Below, one piece after another: positions 50,140 through 63,676 of a stretch of 64,000 nt of DNA. The stretch spans positions 100,998,001 to 101,062,000 of the forward strand of contig OX597815.1 in assembly GCA_951406725.2 (NCBI GenBank), written 5' to 3'. The stretch comes from Octopus vulgaris (taxonomy: Eukaryota). The notes below the pieces were generated by a model. The model saw only the letters and a list, made by a program, of their open reading frames with translations. It did not search any database and was not told the origin of the DNA. The stretch's first letter is position 1; every line of letters starts with the position of its first letter. The translations under genes and the position numbers were made by a program.

Positions 50140-50415
50140 CAGTGAGTGTGGTAGTAGATTGACACTTGTGATGTAAATGGGGTGATAGTAATAGTATGAG
50201 CTCAAGTTGTGATAGAGGCGGAGGCGGCAGTGATGATGATGGTAGTAGTGGTAGCTGAGGTGGTCAGGGATAATGGTGATAGTAAGCGATGTGAAAGACA
50301 GTTGTGATGGTGGTAGAGGGGTAGGCAGCGAAGTAAAAGGTATTGATGGTGGTGGCATTAGAATTCTGAATGGTGTGTGTAAGGCAATTGTGGTGGTGAT
50401 GGTGATGATTGAAAA
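50140..50415 (+). repeat. (GAT/GGT/TAG)-rich low-complexity tract
   Basis: gatgatgatggtagtagtggtag...ggtggtgatggtgatgat. Confidence 0.7.
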
Positions 50416-51048
50416 CAATCAACAGAAAGAAGGAGGTTAGATAGGAAAACAAATTGTACTGACCCCCAAATGGAAAGACAAAAATGTTGTTATGCAGCTT
50501 TGCAATAAGTTCCAAGTCAACAAATTATATCATTGTTTTGATAAAGATTGTTCATTGCTTGAAAAATATTGGTCAAGTTTAATAAAATTTAATATGTACT
50601 CAATGCATGAAGTGTCATTGTTGGGCCCAAGGCCCAATGAAGAGCCCGCCACAGGAGCTAGCTTAAAAGCCATTCTGTTGGGCGGCTTTTAAGCTAGTGT
50701 ATTATATATTCACTCTGTTATTATTAATAAGCTCAAAGTATGATGGAAGCATCAGTAGAGTGCTGACTAAATTGTTTTGCAGTATTCAGTAACATCCTTT
50801 TTATATTTTGAATTAAGTTTCTATTGACGTCAACTTTAACAGTCATCTTTCCATTGTTGATAAAATTAATACTAATCAAAATGGGTATTGATTTAATCAG
50901 CTATATTCCACCCCATATATATTTATGAACTTGTGCTTTTGTTAAAAGATATTATTTATAAACTAAACTCCAGCTTCTCTAAATAAAATACCTATTAATC
51001 TGTAGTACTTTATGCTTACTGATGTGTAATATTCTCTATTTTCTGCAG

Positions 51049-51205
51049 GGTTTGTACGCTTTTTAGAAGGTTATTATATGATCTTAATTACAAAACGGCG
51101 CCGTGTTGCATTAATTGGTCCCCACACAATTTATAAAGTTGAGGATACATGTATGATATACATACCTAATGTGGGAACTCATCATATCCATTCGGATGAA
51201 AGTCG
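51049..51205 (+). CDS. FIG4: FIG4 exon 4 ([34 protein letters not shown]...HSDESR)
   Basis: Near-identical to the FIG4 motif [18 protein letters not shown]. Phase is consistent. Confidence 0.97.
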
Positions 51206-52582
51206 GTATGGCATTGGTCTTTTTTCTCCAATTCTTTTATAATTACAGATTTGTTATTGTATGTCTGCTGTAATATGACTTGTTATCTAGCTGTTGATAT
51301 GATATCATTTTCATTATTTAGCTTCTGTTATTACTTGTGATTATGACTTCATTTATATGACTGCTCTTCTGTCTTTTATTATATGACTGCTATTATTATC
51401 TTTTCTATACAGCTGCTATTATTTGACTTATATACATCTGTTATATTACTTCTATTATATAAATGTTATTTTATGACATTACTTCTATTTTACAAGTGCT
51501 ATTATATGACTCCTGTTATAAAACTTCTCTGTAAATGCTATTCTACAACTTATGATCATTGCTGTATAACTTTTATTATCACTGTATTGACCAAACTATT
51601 GGATGTTATATACCGCTGGTCACAATGTACTACCTTGCATTGTAGCTTTCGGATGATCTCACTCTGCTGGCTATGCAGGCAGGCTGGCAGAATGCTCCCT
51701 GAACAGAATGCCAGTCCATTGCAGGGTTAACCCATTTATAGCCAAATGGACAAGAGTAATATGAAATGAAATGTTTTGCTCAAGAACACAATGCACTACT
51801 GGAAAACCACAGTCTTCCGATCATGAGTGCTATACCGTAATCACTAGGCTGTGTTCCTTCACAACTCCTATTATGGCTTTTAAAAAATTTTTTTTTTTAA
51901 TGAGACCCAACACTAGTTTTTATTCTGTTTTAATAGTTACACTGGAACAAAGTTCTGTATAAGAGATTGTTGATATTGTTGCTCTAAAATTATTTTAGAC
52001 AAAGACTTGTAATACTCTCATATGTAGAATTGATTGTTATGCTCTATCAATTCTATGTGGTGTTATATGATTTTCCTTGTTCAGTGATTCACTGAATCTA
52101 AGCTACAAGTTAATTTATTCTGAGTATCAGCTGATATATATGTGAACTGAGAGTTAAGTGAATATATATTTAATGTTTAGAATATTGTACAGCTAATGTA
52201 TTTGCAGGCAAGTGGTTAAGGGAAAATATTATTTGGTAATGAACAATACAAATATTTTCATTAGTGGATACAGAAAACAGCTCAGATGTGTTTGATTTTT
52301 GCTTATGCATTTCAGCAGAAGTTGAATCTCACTGTAACTCGCCAAACTATTTATACAATTCTGACTGCATCAAAATTGAATAACACTCATCTAGATTCAG
52401 TGTAACATGGAAAATACTAATACAGTATTAATAAAGGAATTAAGAATATTAGGCCTTCCTGATGAGTGGACTCAGGATTGGGCTACTTTGACTAAAATGA
52501 TGTTGAGATTATGATGGTTTAGCATTTTAAATTTGATTAATTGCTGTGATTAGCTCAATGTTTTAATTCCCTTTTATTGTAG

Positions 52583-52633
52583 ATATGTGAAAATGTTTCA
52601 GAATGTAGATCTTTCCAGTAATTTCTACTTCAG
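52583..52633 (+). CDS. FIG4: FIG4 exon 5 (YVKMFQNVDLSSNFYFS)
   Basis: Conserved SAC-domain sequence FQNVDLSSNFYFS. Confidence 0.96.
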
Positions 52634-53570
52634 GTAAGGTTATTTTTATTCTAAAACCATTTCATGATTAATGATACATTGATGATTTACCTGTAGCAAT
52701 TAATCACAATTCTAATTAGATTGAATCTAAAGATGAGACTATTAATATTGTCTTTAGATACAAAAATATTTGCATCTACAATACATTGCAATTGGTTTGA
52801 TTTTCAAGCTTTGTCAGGTGTCTTATTCTTGAATATGTACAAGGTTACATTCAAAGTGTATGAGTTGTGTCTTGAGTTTGAGGATTCATCAGACTGATTA
52901 CTTGTTTCCCATAGCTTGCTGGTGACCAAAATCACATTTCCTATGAACGGGAAGCTGATCCATTACAGGTGAGTGGACTGGAGCAATGTAAAATGAAGTG
53001 TTTTACTCAAGAACACAACACAACCTGGTCAAGGAATCTGAATCCTGATCTTTCGATCATGAGCACAACACCTTAACCACTTAGCCATGTGCCTTCACAA
53101 ATTCAGAGTAGAAACTATACATAATATTGGTTTTGTCCACTAGATCACTGACATATATGCTCTTATTAACAACACCTTCAGACATTTAAACAGTTGTATT
53201 TGTTATCATCATCAACATTCAATGTCCATTTTCCATGCTCTCATGAGTTGGATAGCTTGACAGGAACTAGCAAGGCCAGGGCTCACACCAGGTTCCATAG
53301 TCTGTTTTGGCTTAGTTTTTACAGCTGGATGCCCTTCCTAACATCAACCACTTTACAGAGTTTACTGTGTGCTTTTTATGTGGCACCATCACCAGTACTT
53401 TTTACATGGCACATAATATTGCTGTTACATTGTGATAATGATAATTATATATCACAGCCAACCCATTGTTGACATGGATAATAAAAAGTTGTCGATAACC
53501 ATGATGATTCTGAATTTTCTCTGTTTACTACAATTAACTGTTAATTATATTAATTTTATTTGAATTACAG

Positions 53571-53731
53571 TTACAGTTATGATTTAACTCACTCTCTACA
53601 ATACAACATGGCTCAAACAAACTCACCATCAGGTTCCAAAGATTTGTCTCACAATTCTGATTCTTACTCATATCTTTTTGTGGACAAGAGTAAGTTTCAC
53701 ACTACAGCTACTCCTTACACTTTACCAGAAG
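53571..53731 (+). CDS. FIG4: FIG4 exon 6 (YSYDLTHSLQYNM...TLPE)
   Basis: SAC motif YSYDLTHSLQ. AG/GTAAG boundaries. Confidence 0.93.
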
Positions 53732-53914
53732 GTAAGTTTATTTTTTTTATCAAGTTGGTGGACAGAGTTGGTGTATGAAGACAGTGTATGTGAATTGATA
53801 GAAAAATTACTGTTGAATTGAATAGTTCACAATGTGCATAACAAGATTACATAATTAACCCTACAGAGTTGATCAATTCTCATACACTATCTTCACACAT
53901 CAACTCTGTTCATT

Positions 53915-53951
<37 letters not shown>

Positions 53952-54585
53952 ATAGATAGATAGATACTTGTGTGTATGACGAGCTTCTATCAGTTTCTAT
54001 CTACCACATACACTCACAAAGCTTTGGTTGGCCTAGGGCTATTGTAGAAGGGACTAGCCCATGATGGAAGGCAGTGGGACTGAATCTGGAATCGTGGTTG
54101 GAAAGCAAAATTTTAACTATGCAACCATGTCTAATTATGCTTTCAAAACTTTTGTTTTCACTCTCATTATGTTTATCTTTGCCAGACTCGTTATTTGCCA
54201 TATTAACAAATTTAACTAATGTACTTTAATTAATGCAAACATACTTAATGTAATAAATCAAAAATATTAGTTAAAATCAGTAAAAGAAATTGTTTCATAC
54301 TAAGAAAAGCAAGATTTAAATTATGCAAAAATTGAATAGAGGAACATAGATCTGATCTATGCTAAGTGATTTTAAAACTTCTTAGACCTCTTCAGCAAGG
54401 CATGGCTGTTATCACTACTTGATAGACCTTAAATAACTGAAAGATAGGGTTTGAGTGAATGAATATTGATAGGTGTAATAACTTTATAAAAAAGAATTTC
54501 TGACTCATTCTTCTAACTAACGTAGAGTACGTATTTTATTTGGAACATTATAAATTTCACTTTTTCTCTCCTTTCTTTCTTTCAG

Positions 54586-54717
54586 ACTGTATTTTAGGAG
54601 TGAAAAACGTTGCTTCAAGTAAATTTGTTTGGAATGCAGCTCTTCAGCAGCCATGTAAAGATATGGTGCATTCAGACTGGGTTATCAACATTATACATGG
54701 CTTTATTGGACAAGTCA
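54586..54717 (+). CDS. FIG4: FIG4 exon 7 (DCILGVKNVASSKFVWN...DWVINIIHGFIGQV)
   Basis: KFVWN and W...IIHGF motifs. Followed by the U12-type donor ATATCCTT. Confidence 0.92.
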
Positions 54718-55654
54718 ATATCCTTTTGTTTTATCATTGTGTGAAAATTTCACTAGTTTACTGTTCAGGTTTAACTTGAGGCTAAGCAAAAACTAGTTTA
54801 ATGAAATCTATTAATGTTTTAACACTTCAAGAGTTGCTCTTGTGAAGTTATAAACTTAGTTTTTAAACAAAGAGAGTATTTTAGGGTCTTATTTGGCATT
54901 AGGAAGGGCATTCAGCCATAGAAAACAATGCCAAAACTGTGTATTGGAGCACAACACAGTTCTCTGACTCCTTGGATTGTGTCGAACTGTTTAACCCGTG
55001 CTAATATGGAAAGTGAATGTAAAATAATGCTCATGGTAGTAGGGCTGAATAAAGATGGTTCATATCAGGATATAAATATTTGTAACTATATACATATGTT
55101 TCTGTAAATTATTACAGGACATTAAAATTGTCAACGTTATAATAAAATTTCTTTAAAATTTAGGTAGTTTAACCTCTGTTCTCAGGGGTACAGTGTTATT
55201 TTTGAACAAATGTGAGAGTTATTATGCAGTTACTAAATCTGCTAAATATAACAACTAATTCTCCTTCAATTTCATTTTAAAGAAAGGATATATTGGACAG
55301 TGTATCTTCTGATTTACAAAAAGATAAGATAATTACAGCTGGGTTGCTCTTGAACACAAGCCAGCTTGATGGAAGCTGAATGGGTGCAAGCACTGCTGTA
55401 GATTTCGGTAGTTAACTTCATGACCATGTGGTTCCTTGTTTGATTCCACTGCACACACTTTGGGTTTTACTGTGCCTGTTTCACAGAAAGTAACCATGCA
55501 AAACCTTGTCAAACAGTGGGCTTCTGATGGTTTCCATATGTACATATATAAATATGTTTGTGTATGATCATCTTCTTATTTTCATATCCACTTTTCCATG
55601 CATGGATCACACAGAATTCATTGAGGCAGATTTGCTATGGTTGGATACCGTTCT

Positions 55655-55686
<32 letters not shown>

Positions 55687-55961
55687 TTCTCTATAATGTT
55701 TCCACTTGATATGAACATTTTTGTATTAATGGAAAACCTCTATAATTGACTGATGAGTGCTCAGCATTTTAAAACTGTTGTAATACTTACAACATTTAAT
55801 AAAATGATGTAGTACGAAACGATCGTACCAAATTACCGGAATCATTCTTGTTGCTTATTTTGATTATAATCACCCCACGGATTTTTATGGATAACACCAT
55901 ACAGAATTCTGGTGCATCTAAATTAAGTACCATATTCATTTGAATCTAAATTTTTGCTGAA

Positions 55962-55997
<36 letters not shown>

Positions 55998-56794
55998 TGA
56001 GTATGATCTGGGGATTCAAATGTAGGATGTTAAATGATAAACAAATGATATATTCTACTGATTCCACTCCTTTGGAATACACACACACATGATGGGCTTC
56101 TTTCAGTTTCTATTGAAATCAACTCACAAGGCTTTGGTCGGTTTTGTATGTGCAGTTTATATATGCTATTTATTTGACTACTTGTAAAGAAAGTATATTT
56201 CTATATTTTTGCTAAAGTCACCAGCACTAAAATGCTTTTGGATAGTGAAGGTACTAGGGGAATATTACTCATTCATAGTGGATGTGAAAATTTTTTTTTA
56301 TTTTGTTCTTTGAATTTATTTGTTGTTTAACCCTAATGCAGCAGACACAGATTCAAAAGTGTTACAGCTGTAACCATCTTATCATTCATTGAGGCATGTG
56401 CCTTCAATTATTTTTTTAAAGATTGAACTGTGATTTAAGGGAAATTTTACTGATATTTCTTGTAAGTTAAGTGACCACTCTCCTTTTTGTTTCATCTCAT
56501 ATCAGCCTTGATTTAACAGGCCTATGCAGAAAGGTCCTAATTGGGTCTATCATCTCATCTTTTATTTTGACATATTGAATTAATTGATTGTGTCCATGAC
56601 TACATTATTCAATGAGTTTTACTTTTTGTAAAACAGCTGGGTGTGAATTTGAGGGATATTAATCTACTATTACTTGTAGGTGAAGTAACTACTTAGAAGG
56701 TCCTCCTTTAGTTTATTTAGTATGTAGTTGTAAGAATAGTGACAAGAAAGGGTCAATGAATTTACAACATTCTGTTCTCCTTAACTTCTCTTAG
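54718..56794 (+). other. U12-type (minor spliceosome) intron with AT...AG termini
   Basis: 5' splice site ATATCCTTT; branch site TCCTTAAC (56778-56785) about 10 nt before the AG at 56793-56794. This junction keeps the frame (GQV-N-ICVFG). Confidence 0.88.
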
Positions 56795-56895
56795 ATATTT
56801 GTGTATTTGGTAAACCTATTTATTTGACCCTAATTGGTCGCCGGTCAAATCAGTTTGCCGGAACTCGTTTCTTAAAGAGAGGAGCCAACAACAAA
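56795..56895 (+). CDS. FIG4: FIG4 exon 8 ([34 protein letters not shown])
   Basis: SAC motif [13 protein letters not shown]. Confidence 0.97.
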
Positions 56896-57539
56896 GTAAG
56901 ATTTTCTTTATTCTCTTTTACATTCTCTTGTTTCACCTAAAAGTTTGCATTATATATTACACTGAATTCCTTTAAAAATCTCTTTGATCTAATCATATAA
57001 CTTTTCCAATACAAACCTACCTGAAAATGCCTCTGATTCTATTTTACAAACCTTCCTGTTTAAAAGCGTTCATCATCATCATCATCATCGTTTAACGTCC
57101 GCTTTCCATGCTAGCATGGGTTGGACGGTTCAACTGGGATCTGGGGAGCCCGAAGGCTGCACCAGGCCAGTCATTTAAATTAAAACCTTCCATTATAATT
57201 TTATGTTAGAAACCTTTTATTAAGACATTTTCCTAACCAGATTAATAATAAATAAGTTAGTCTAGTAAACTAAATCCCTCCAAATGCTTGATTATTTTTC
57301 AACACACCACATAAACAGTATATTTCATTTAAATCATAGTCACAGGAGGGTTAATATATACAGTTATTACCAGATCAACATTAATATATAAGACTTGTAT
57401 TTGGACCGGGTCTCCAATTTGTGGATACTTTCCTCCTGCTTACAAGTCTTAAAGGTCCCAACAAATTGTGGACAAGAGTCATAACTGCTGCTATTCTTTC
57501 CTAAGTGATAAAATAAAAATGGAACAGAATTTTTTAGAT

Positions 57540-57576
<37 letters not shown>

Positions 57577-57579
57577 CAT

Positions 57580-60500
57580 TAGAGCTGATGACCTTGCTCT
57601 AATTGCTGAGTCACTATCAGAACTAGAGGAAAAGTTTCAGGTGTGGAAGCAAGGATTAGAATTGAAGGGCCTTAGAGTCAACCTAGCTAAAACCAAAGTC
57701 TTAATAAGTAGGAAGGCAGAAAAACCACAAATCCTTTCAGGTAGATGGCTCTGCTCGATCTGTAGAAAAGGCGTAGGTAGAAACTCCATAAGATGTACCT
57801 AATGTAAGCTATGGACGCATAAGAGGTGCAGCAATATCAAAGGAAGGCTAACTGGGAAGATAGTTTATGTATGTGGCAAATGCTCAGGTGCTATAAACAC
57901 TGAAAATGTGCAGAGAACAGCTTCTCTCACATTTATAAACAAAACAGACACACATAAACATTAATGTTTATCACAGAAGCTATCAACTACAAGTAGTTGA
58001 TAGCTTATGTTACCTAGGGGACCAAGTCAGTAGCCGGGGTGGATGCTCTGAAAGTGTAGCTGCTAGAGTAAGAATAGCTGGGGCAAAGTTCAGAGAACTC
58101 CTACCTCTGCTGGTAACAAAGGGCCTCTGTCTCAGAGTAAAAGGTAGATGGTATGATGCATGTGTACGAACAGCCATGCTACATGGCAGTGAAACATGGG
58201 CCGTGACTACTGAGGACATGCATAAGCTTGCAAGGAATGAAGCCAGTATGCTCCACTGGATGTGTAATGTCAATGTACATATACAACAGAATGTAAGTGC
58301 CCTGAGAGAAAAGTTAGACATAAGAAGTATCAGATGTGGTGTGCAAGAGAGATGACTGCGCTGGTATGGTCATGTGTTGCAAATGAATGAGGAGAGCTGT
58401 GTGAAAAAGTGTCACACTCTAGCAGTTGAGGGAACCTGTGGAAGAGGTAGACCCAGGAAGACCTGGGATGAGGTGGTGAAGCACGACCTTCGAACATTGG
58501 GCCTTACTGAGGCAATGAATAGTGACCGAGACCTTTGGAGATATGCTGTGCTTGAGAAGACCTGATAAGCCAAGTGAAACCATAACCCATGGCCTATGCT
58601 AGTGGGTGTAATCAGCCCACTTATGAGTACCCCTCATTCATTGGGCAATAAACTTTGTTTGTGAAGGCCTGTTGAGGCAAGTGAAATCAAAATCAAAATC
58701 GCTGATGTGGCCAATGACAATACCACCTGATTGGCACTTGTGCCATCATCATCATCATCATCGTTTAACGTCCGTTCTCCATGCTAGCATGGGTTGGACG
58801 GTATGACCGGGGATCTGGGAAGCCAGAAGGCTGCACCAGGCTCCAGTTTTATCTGGCAATGTTTCTACAGCTGGATGCCCTTCCTAACGCCAACCACTCC
58901 ATGAGTGTAGTGGGTGCTTTTTACGTGCCACCCGCACAGGTGCCAGGCGAGGCTGGCCACGGTCGGATTGGTGCTTTTTACATGTCACCGGCACGGAAGC
59001 CAGTCGAGGCGGCGCTGGCATCGGCCACGATTCGGATAGTGCTTTTTACGTACCACCAGTCCAGGGGTCCTGGCATCTGCCGGGTACCAGTCATAAGATT
59101 GGTTCAATTTCGATTCCGATTTCGATTTCGATTTCACTTGCCCCAACAGGTCTTCGCAAGCAAAGGGGGTTGGTATGGGTGCCTGTCGTCGGATGAGGTT
59201 CGATATTGACTTCGCTTGCCTCAACAGGTGTGTCCAAGGGAGGAAAGGCATGCATAAGTGGGCTGGGCTCACTTGTCCTGCCTGGTCTTCTCACGTACAG
59301 CATATTTCCAAAGGTCTCGGTCGCTGGTCATTTCTTCAGTGAGGCCTAAAGTTCGAAGGTCGTGCTTTACCACCTCGTCCCAGGTTTTCCTGGGTCTACC
59401 TCTTCCACGGGTTCCCTCAACTGCTAGGGATTGGCACTTTTTCACACACCTATCTTCATCCATTCTCGCCATCGTCTTTCTCGCAATCGTCTTTCTTGCA
59501 TACCACAACTGATGCTTCTTAGGTACAACATTTCTCTCAAGGTACTAACACTCTGTCGAGTATGTACATTGACATTACACATCCATCGGAGCATACTGGC
59601 TTCATTCCTCGCGAGCTTACGCATGTCCTCAGCAGTCACGGCCCATGTTTCACTGCCATGTAGCATGGCTGTTCGTACACATGCATCATACAGTCTGCCT
59701 TTTACTCTGAGCGAGAGGCCTTTAGTCACCAGCAGAGGTAAGAGCTCCCTAAACTTTGCCCATGCTATTCTTATTCTTGCAGTTACACTTTCAACGCACC
59801 CACCCCCACTACTGACTTGGTCACCTAGATAACGGAAGCTATGAACTACTTCTAGTTTTTCCCTCTGGAAAGTGACGGAAGTTGTTTTCTGCAGATTTTC
59901 AGAGGTTAATGCTCCTGAGCATCTGCCACATACAAAAACTATCTTCCCAGTTAGCCTTCCTTTAACATTGCTGCACCTCTTATGTGTCCATAGCTTACAC
60001 TGGGTACATCTTATAGAGTTTCTACCTACACCTTTTCTACAGATCGAGCAGGGTCATCTTCCTGAAGACATTTGTGGATTGTCTACCTTCCTACTTATTA
60101 GTACTTTGGTTTTAGCTAGGTTGACTCTAAGGCCCCTCGATTCTAAACCCTCCTTCCACACCTGGAACTTCTCCTCCAGTTCTGATAGTGACTCAGCAAT
60201 TAGAGCAAGGTCGTCAGCTTAGAGGAGCTCCCAGGAGCAACCTGTCTTGAATTCCTCCGTAATTGCTTGGAGGACTATGATAAATAGGAGGGGGGCTGAG
60301 TACTGAACCCTGGTGGACCCCAACCTCTACTTTGAATTCTTCTGTGTACATGTTGCCAACCCTAACCTTACTTACGGCATCCCTGTACATGGCTTGCACA
60401 GCCCTCACCAGCCATTCATCTATCCCTAGTTTCCTCATTGACCACCAGATAAGGGATCGGAGGACCCTGTCAAAGGCTTTCTCCATGTCAACGAAAGCCA

Positions 60501-61010
60501 GGTACAGGGGCTTATCTTTGGCTATGTATTTCTCCTGCAGCTGCCTTACCAGGAATATAGCATCAGCTGCAGCTGGAACATTAAAAGCACCATCCAAGTG
60601 TGATCGTTGCCAGGGCTGCTGATTGGCTCCCATGCCAATGGCATGTAAAAAGCACCATTTGAGTGTGATCATTGCTAGCATCGCCTTACTGGGACATGTG
60701 CCGGTGGCACGTGAAAAACAACATTCGAGCATGTTTGTTGCCAGTGCCACCAGACTGGCTCCTGTGCAGGTAGCATGTAAAAAACACCTTTGCAGTGTGG
60801 TCATTGTCAGAACCGCCTGACTGGTCCTCATGCCGGTGGCACATAATAGCACCCACTACATTCTCAGAGTGGTTGGTGTTAGGAAGGGCATCCAGCTGTA
60901 GAAATTTTGCCAGATCAGATTGGAGCCTGGTGCAGCCTTCAGGCTTGCCAGTCTTCAGTCAAACCGTCCAACCCATGCCAGCATGGAAAGCAGACGTTAA
61001 ACGACGATGA
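57580..61010. mobile_element. Nested RTE LINEs in FIG4 intron 8: a plus copy (~57580-58743, resuming ~60570-61010) split by a minus copy (~58745-60566)
   Basis: Plus strand: ADDLALIAES...GRPRKTWDEVV, with the 3' UTR breaking at ttggcacttgtgcca. Minus strand: tail plus RT back to DAIFLVRQ. The plus 3' UTR and tail resume after it. Confidence 0.88.
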
Positions 61011-61528
61011 TATATATATATATATATATGTATCTATAACAATTGGCAGTGGATAGAAGAATTGGTAGAGCTTAGAGAAAATACTTCGTAGTATTTAGTT
61101 TATGTCTCTTTACATTATAAATTCAATGCCCAACCAGATCCATTCTACCTTTGCATCTTTCTTAAGTTGGATATACTTGACTATAATCAACTCTGAGAAG
61201 GGGTTACCCTGATATGGCCACAGGTTCAATGATAGAAAGCTACTTCAAATTTATTTCATGAAATGTCAAAGTTTTCATCACATAACAGTGGAACTTATGA
61301 AATAAATTTAAAGTGAATTTAATGGCCTTGTGTATTATTAAATTACTCTTCCATGTTGTAACTGCTTGAATTTCTATACATGGTCTCAGATCAAGTTACT
61401 TGCCAGTCAAATACTACTCTGAATAAATAATAATCATTTTGTATATATTCCAAACACTGTGTAAAATCCATATAGAAAACTTCATTATCATCAGCTATGT
61501 AAACATTGGATCTCTTTTCTGTTTGTAG

Positions 61529-61691
61529 GGTGCAGTAGCAAATGAAGTTGAAACAGAACAAATTGTCCATGATGCTTCAGTAACATTCCTGAATTCTGCT
61601 TGTGTTTCGTCTTTTGTGCAACTCCGAGGTTCCATACCTTTGTTCTGGTCTCAAGATATTTCAAAAATGGTTCCCAAGCCTCAAATTGTTG
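61529..61691 (+). CDS. FIG4: FIG4 exon 9 ([13 protein letters not shown]...[24 protein letters not shown]); the gene continues beyond the window
   Basis: SAC motifs [10 protein letters not shown] and [14 protein letters not shown]. Confidence 0.97.
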
Positions 61692-62559
61692 GTAAGTTCT
61701 GTAAACATATCCATCTTTTTAAAGCAATTATATTTCATTTCTTATTTTCTTTATTAATATCTAACTTTGGAATGATGGTAAATTAGTAGCATCTGTAGAG
61801 TAATGGATAAAATTCCTTGTAATATTTAGTTACAGCACTTTATGTTATGAGTTCAAGTCATGTCAAGATTTACAAGCCTATGGCTTAGATAAAATACATA
61901 TCTGTCAAATGCTGATAACTGACTGTAGCCTTCTTTCTCATTTGATGGTTTTAGAACTGAGTTTTGTTAACATTCTAAGTTTAAATCCTGTTGGTAAAGA
62001 ACTTTACATTTCATCTCTAAGTATTCATAAAATAAGTATTAATCATGACTAGTTGAAGGGACTATACTCTCTATTCTAGAAGAATAATAATGTTATGTAG
62101 AGTGCCAGCAGCTTTCATATATTTCAAAAAGTCTTTTCCATGCATTTTTCACTGGTATCAGTACAGTGTGAAGGTGTTTGGCCTTGTGGTTAGGGTGTTA
62201 GGCTCACAAGCATGAAATTGTAGGTTCAGTTTCTGGACCAGGTGGCACATTGTCTCTGTCTCATTGAGCAAAACCCTTCACATTATGTTGCACCGATTCC
62301 TTCAGCTGAAAATGAAAGTACACTCCAGTACTGGTGCAACCTTCTCTCCCTCTTGCTTCACATTCTAGTTGTTCTGCTGGGTCAAGGGTGGGAGAGCCAA
62401 AAAAGTGTTAATGTCTGCTTGTGACTACACAGGCAACAAAAATTATTAATGAGGGCATGGCACAAGTTACCAAGTCAGACTTGCTCTTGAATGACAGCAG
62501 TGCTTACCTTTTTACTGGTACAGTTTTTTTTTTATCGTTCCAAGGCTGGTGAGATTGAT

Positions 62560-63080
62560 GCTGTTAAAATTGATGTTGTTATCGTTCCAAGGCTGGTGAA
62601 ATTGATGTTGTTAAAATTCCGTTTGAACATTTGCAGACCAATAGCTACGGGAATAAACAAATAGAAAGGAATTCCTGTGAAGTGACATTCTCTGAAGGAA
62701 AGGACGGGTATAGTTGTTTGAGTGGTGCAAACAGTATGGGTAATGGGAGGAAGAGAGAGAAATAAGGTAGGAGATGGCATGAAACCAATCAACTTTGAGT
62801 AGCAGAGATCATTATAGTAGTATCAGAAAAGGCAGAGAGAAGACAGCACATCTGTGGGTCCAAGTTAGTGTATGTTGGTGACCAGCTTTATGTTAGTCAC
62901 AGTTTTTGAGATGCAGTTTTTATGTATTTGAGTATTTCCCAATACTGAACTGTTGCAGTTCCAGTTCTTTTTGCCAGAAATTCAGCTGTGAAGTTAGTGT
63001 GTTGCACCTATATTTTATCCAAATGGCCTGAAGGTAAGCAAGCTGTTGTAGGTTATGAACTTATGACTTAGTGGCCAATA
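62560..63080 (-). mobile_element. Highly decayed CR1/jockey-like LINE 3' fragment (a similar relic lies at ~45890-46280)
   Basis: The minus strand reads roughly SLCLF*YYYNDLCYSKL, reminiscent of LINE C-terminal SLSLFYRYY.G.CS.EL. Confidence 0.4.
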
Positions 63081-63488
63081 ATACAACATTCTAACCTCAT
63101 GGCCTATGGCTGCTGCTGCTGTCACCACCACCACCACCACCCGCTTCATCCTTCACCTCATCATCGTCATTGTATCATTACACCCATTTTTCTATGCCGA
63201 CAAGGGTGGGACATTAAAAAAAAAAGTAATTTTAACATTAGTTGTTTTTTTTTTCTAAGATTGTTAGGAAAACGTATTTTTGTTGATTTATTTGGTTTGT
63301 AAGGCCATGTATATTCTTGAAGTCATCGTGTAATTAGAAGTGGATGTTAAGCATGAAGTGCTGATTTGAAATCATCATATCTTCATAACCCAAGGTTCAA
63401 ATAGAACCTTATTTTACCAATAAGCTAAAATGGTAATACAATAGTACCTCAATTTTCGAACTACTTTGATCATGAATAAATTGTGCTT

Positions 63489-63535
<47 letters not shown>

Positions 63536-63544
<9 letters not shown>

Positions 63545-63676
63545 GTGAATTGAAGAAATGGAGCTGAACGCAGATTGAGCAGAAATCGTTTTATTTCATT
63601 CTACACGTGTTTCGAAAGGCCAACGATTTCTGCTCAATCTGCGTTCAGCTCCATTTCTTCAATTCACCAATAATAT
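63536..63676. repeat. Perfect 55-bp inverted repeat with a 31-nt loop
   Basis: 63536-63590 is the exact reverse complement of 63622-63676. It sits in an insert between (TA)n tracts. Confidence 0.95.

Noticed and set aside
54714-54719. Canonical GT donor for FIG4 exon 7
   Set aside because: Poor consensus (GTCAAT) and out of frame with exon 8. The U12 signals explain the junction.
62529-62620. ~48-bp tandem duplication as a functional element
   Set aside because: Only two copies at the edge of a decayed LINE relic, consistent with ordinary slippage.
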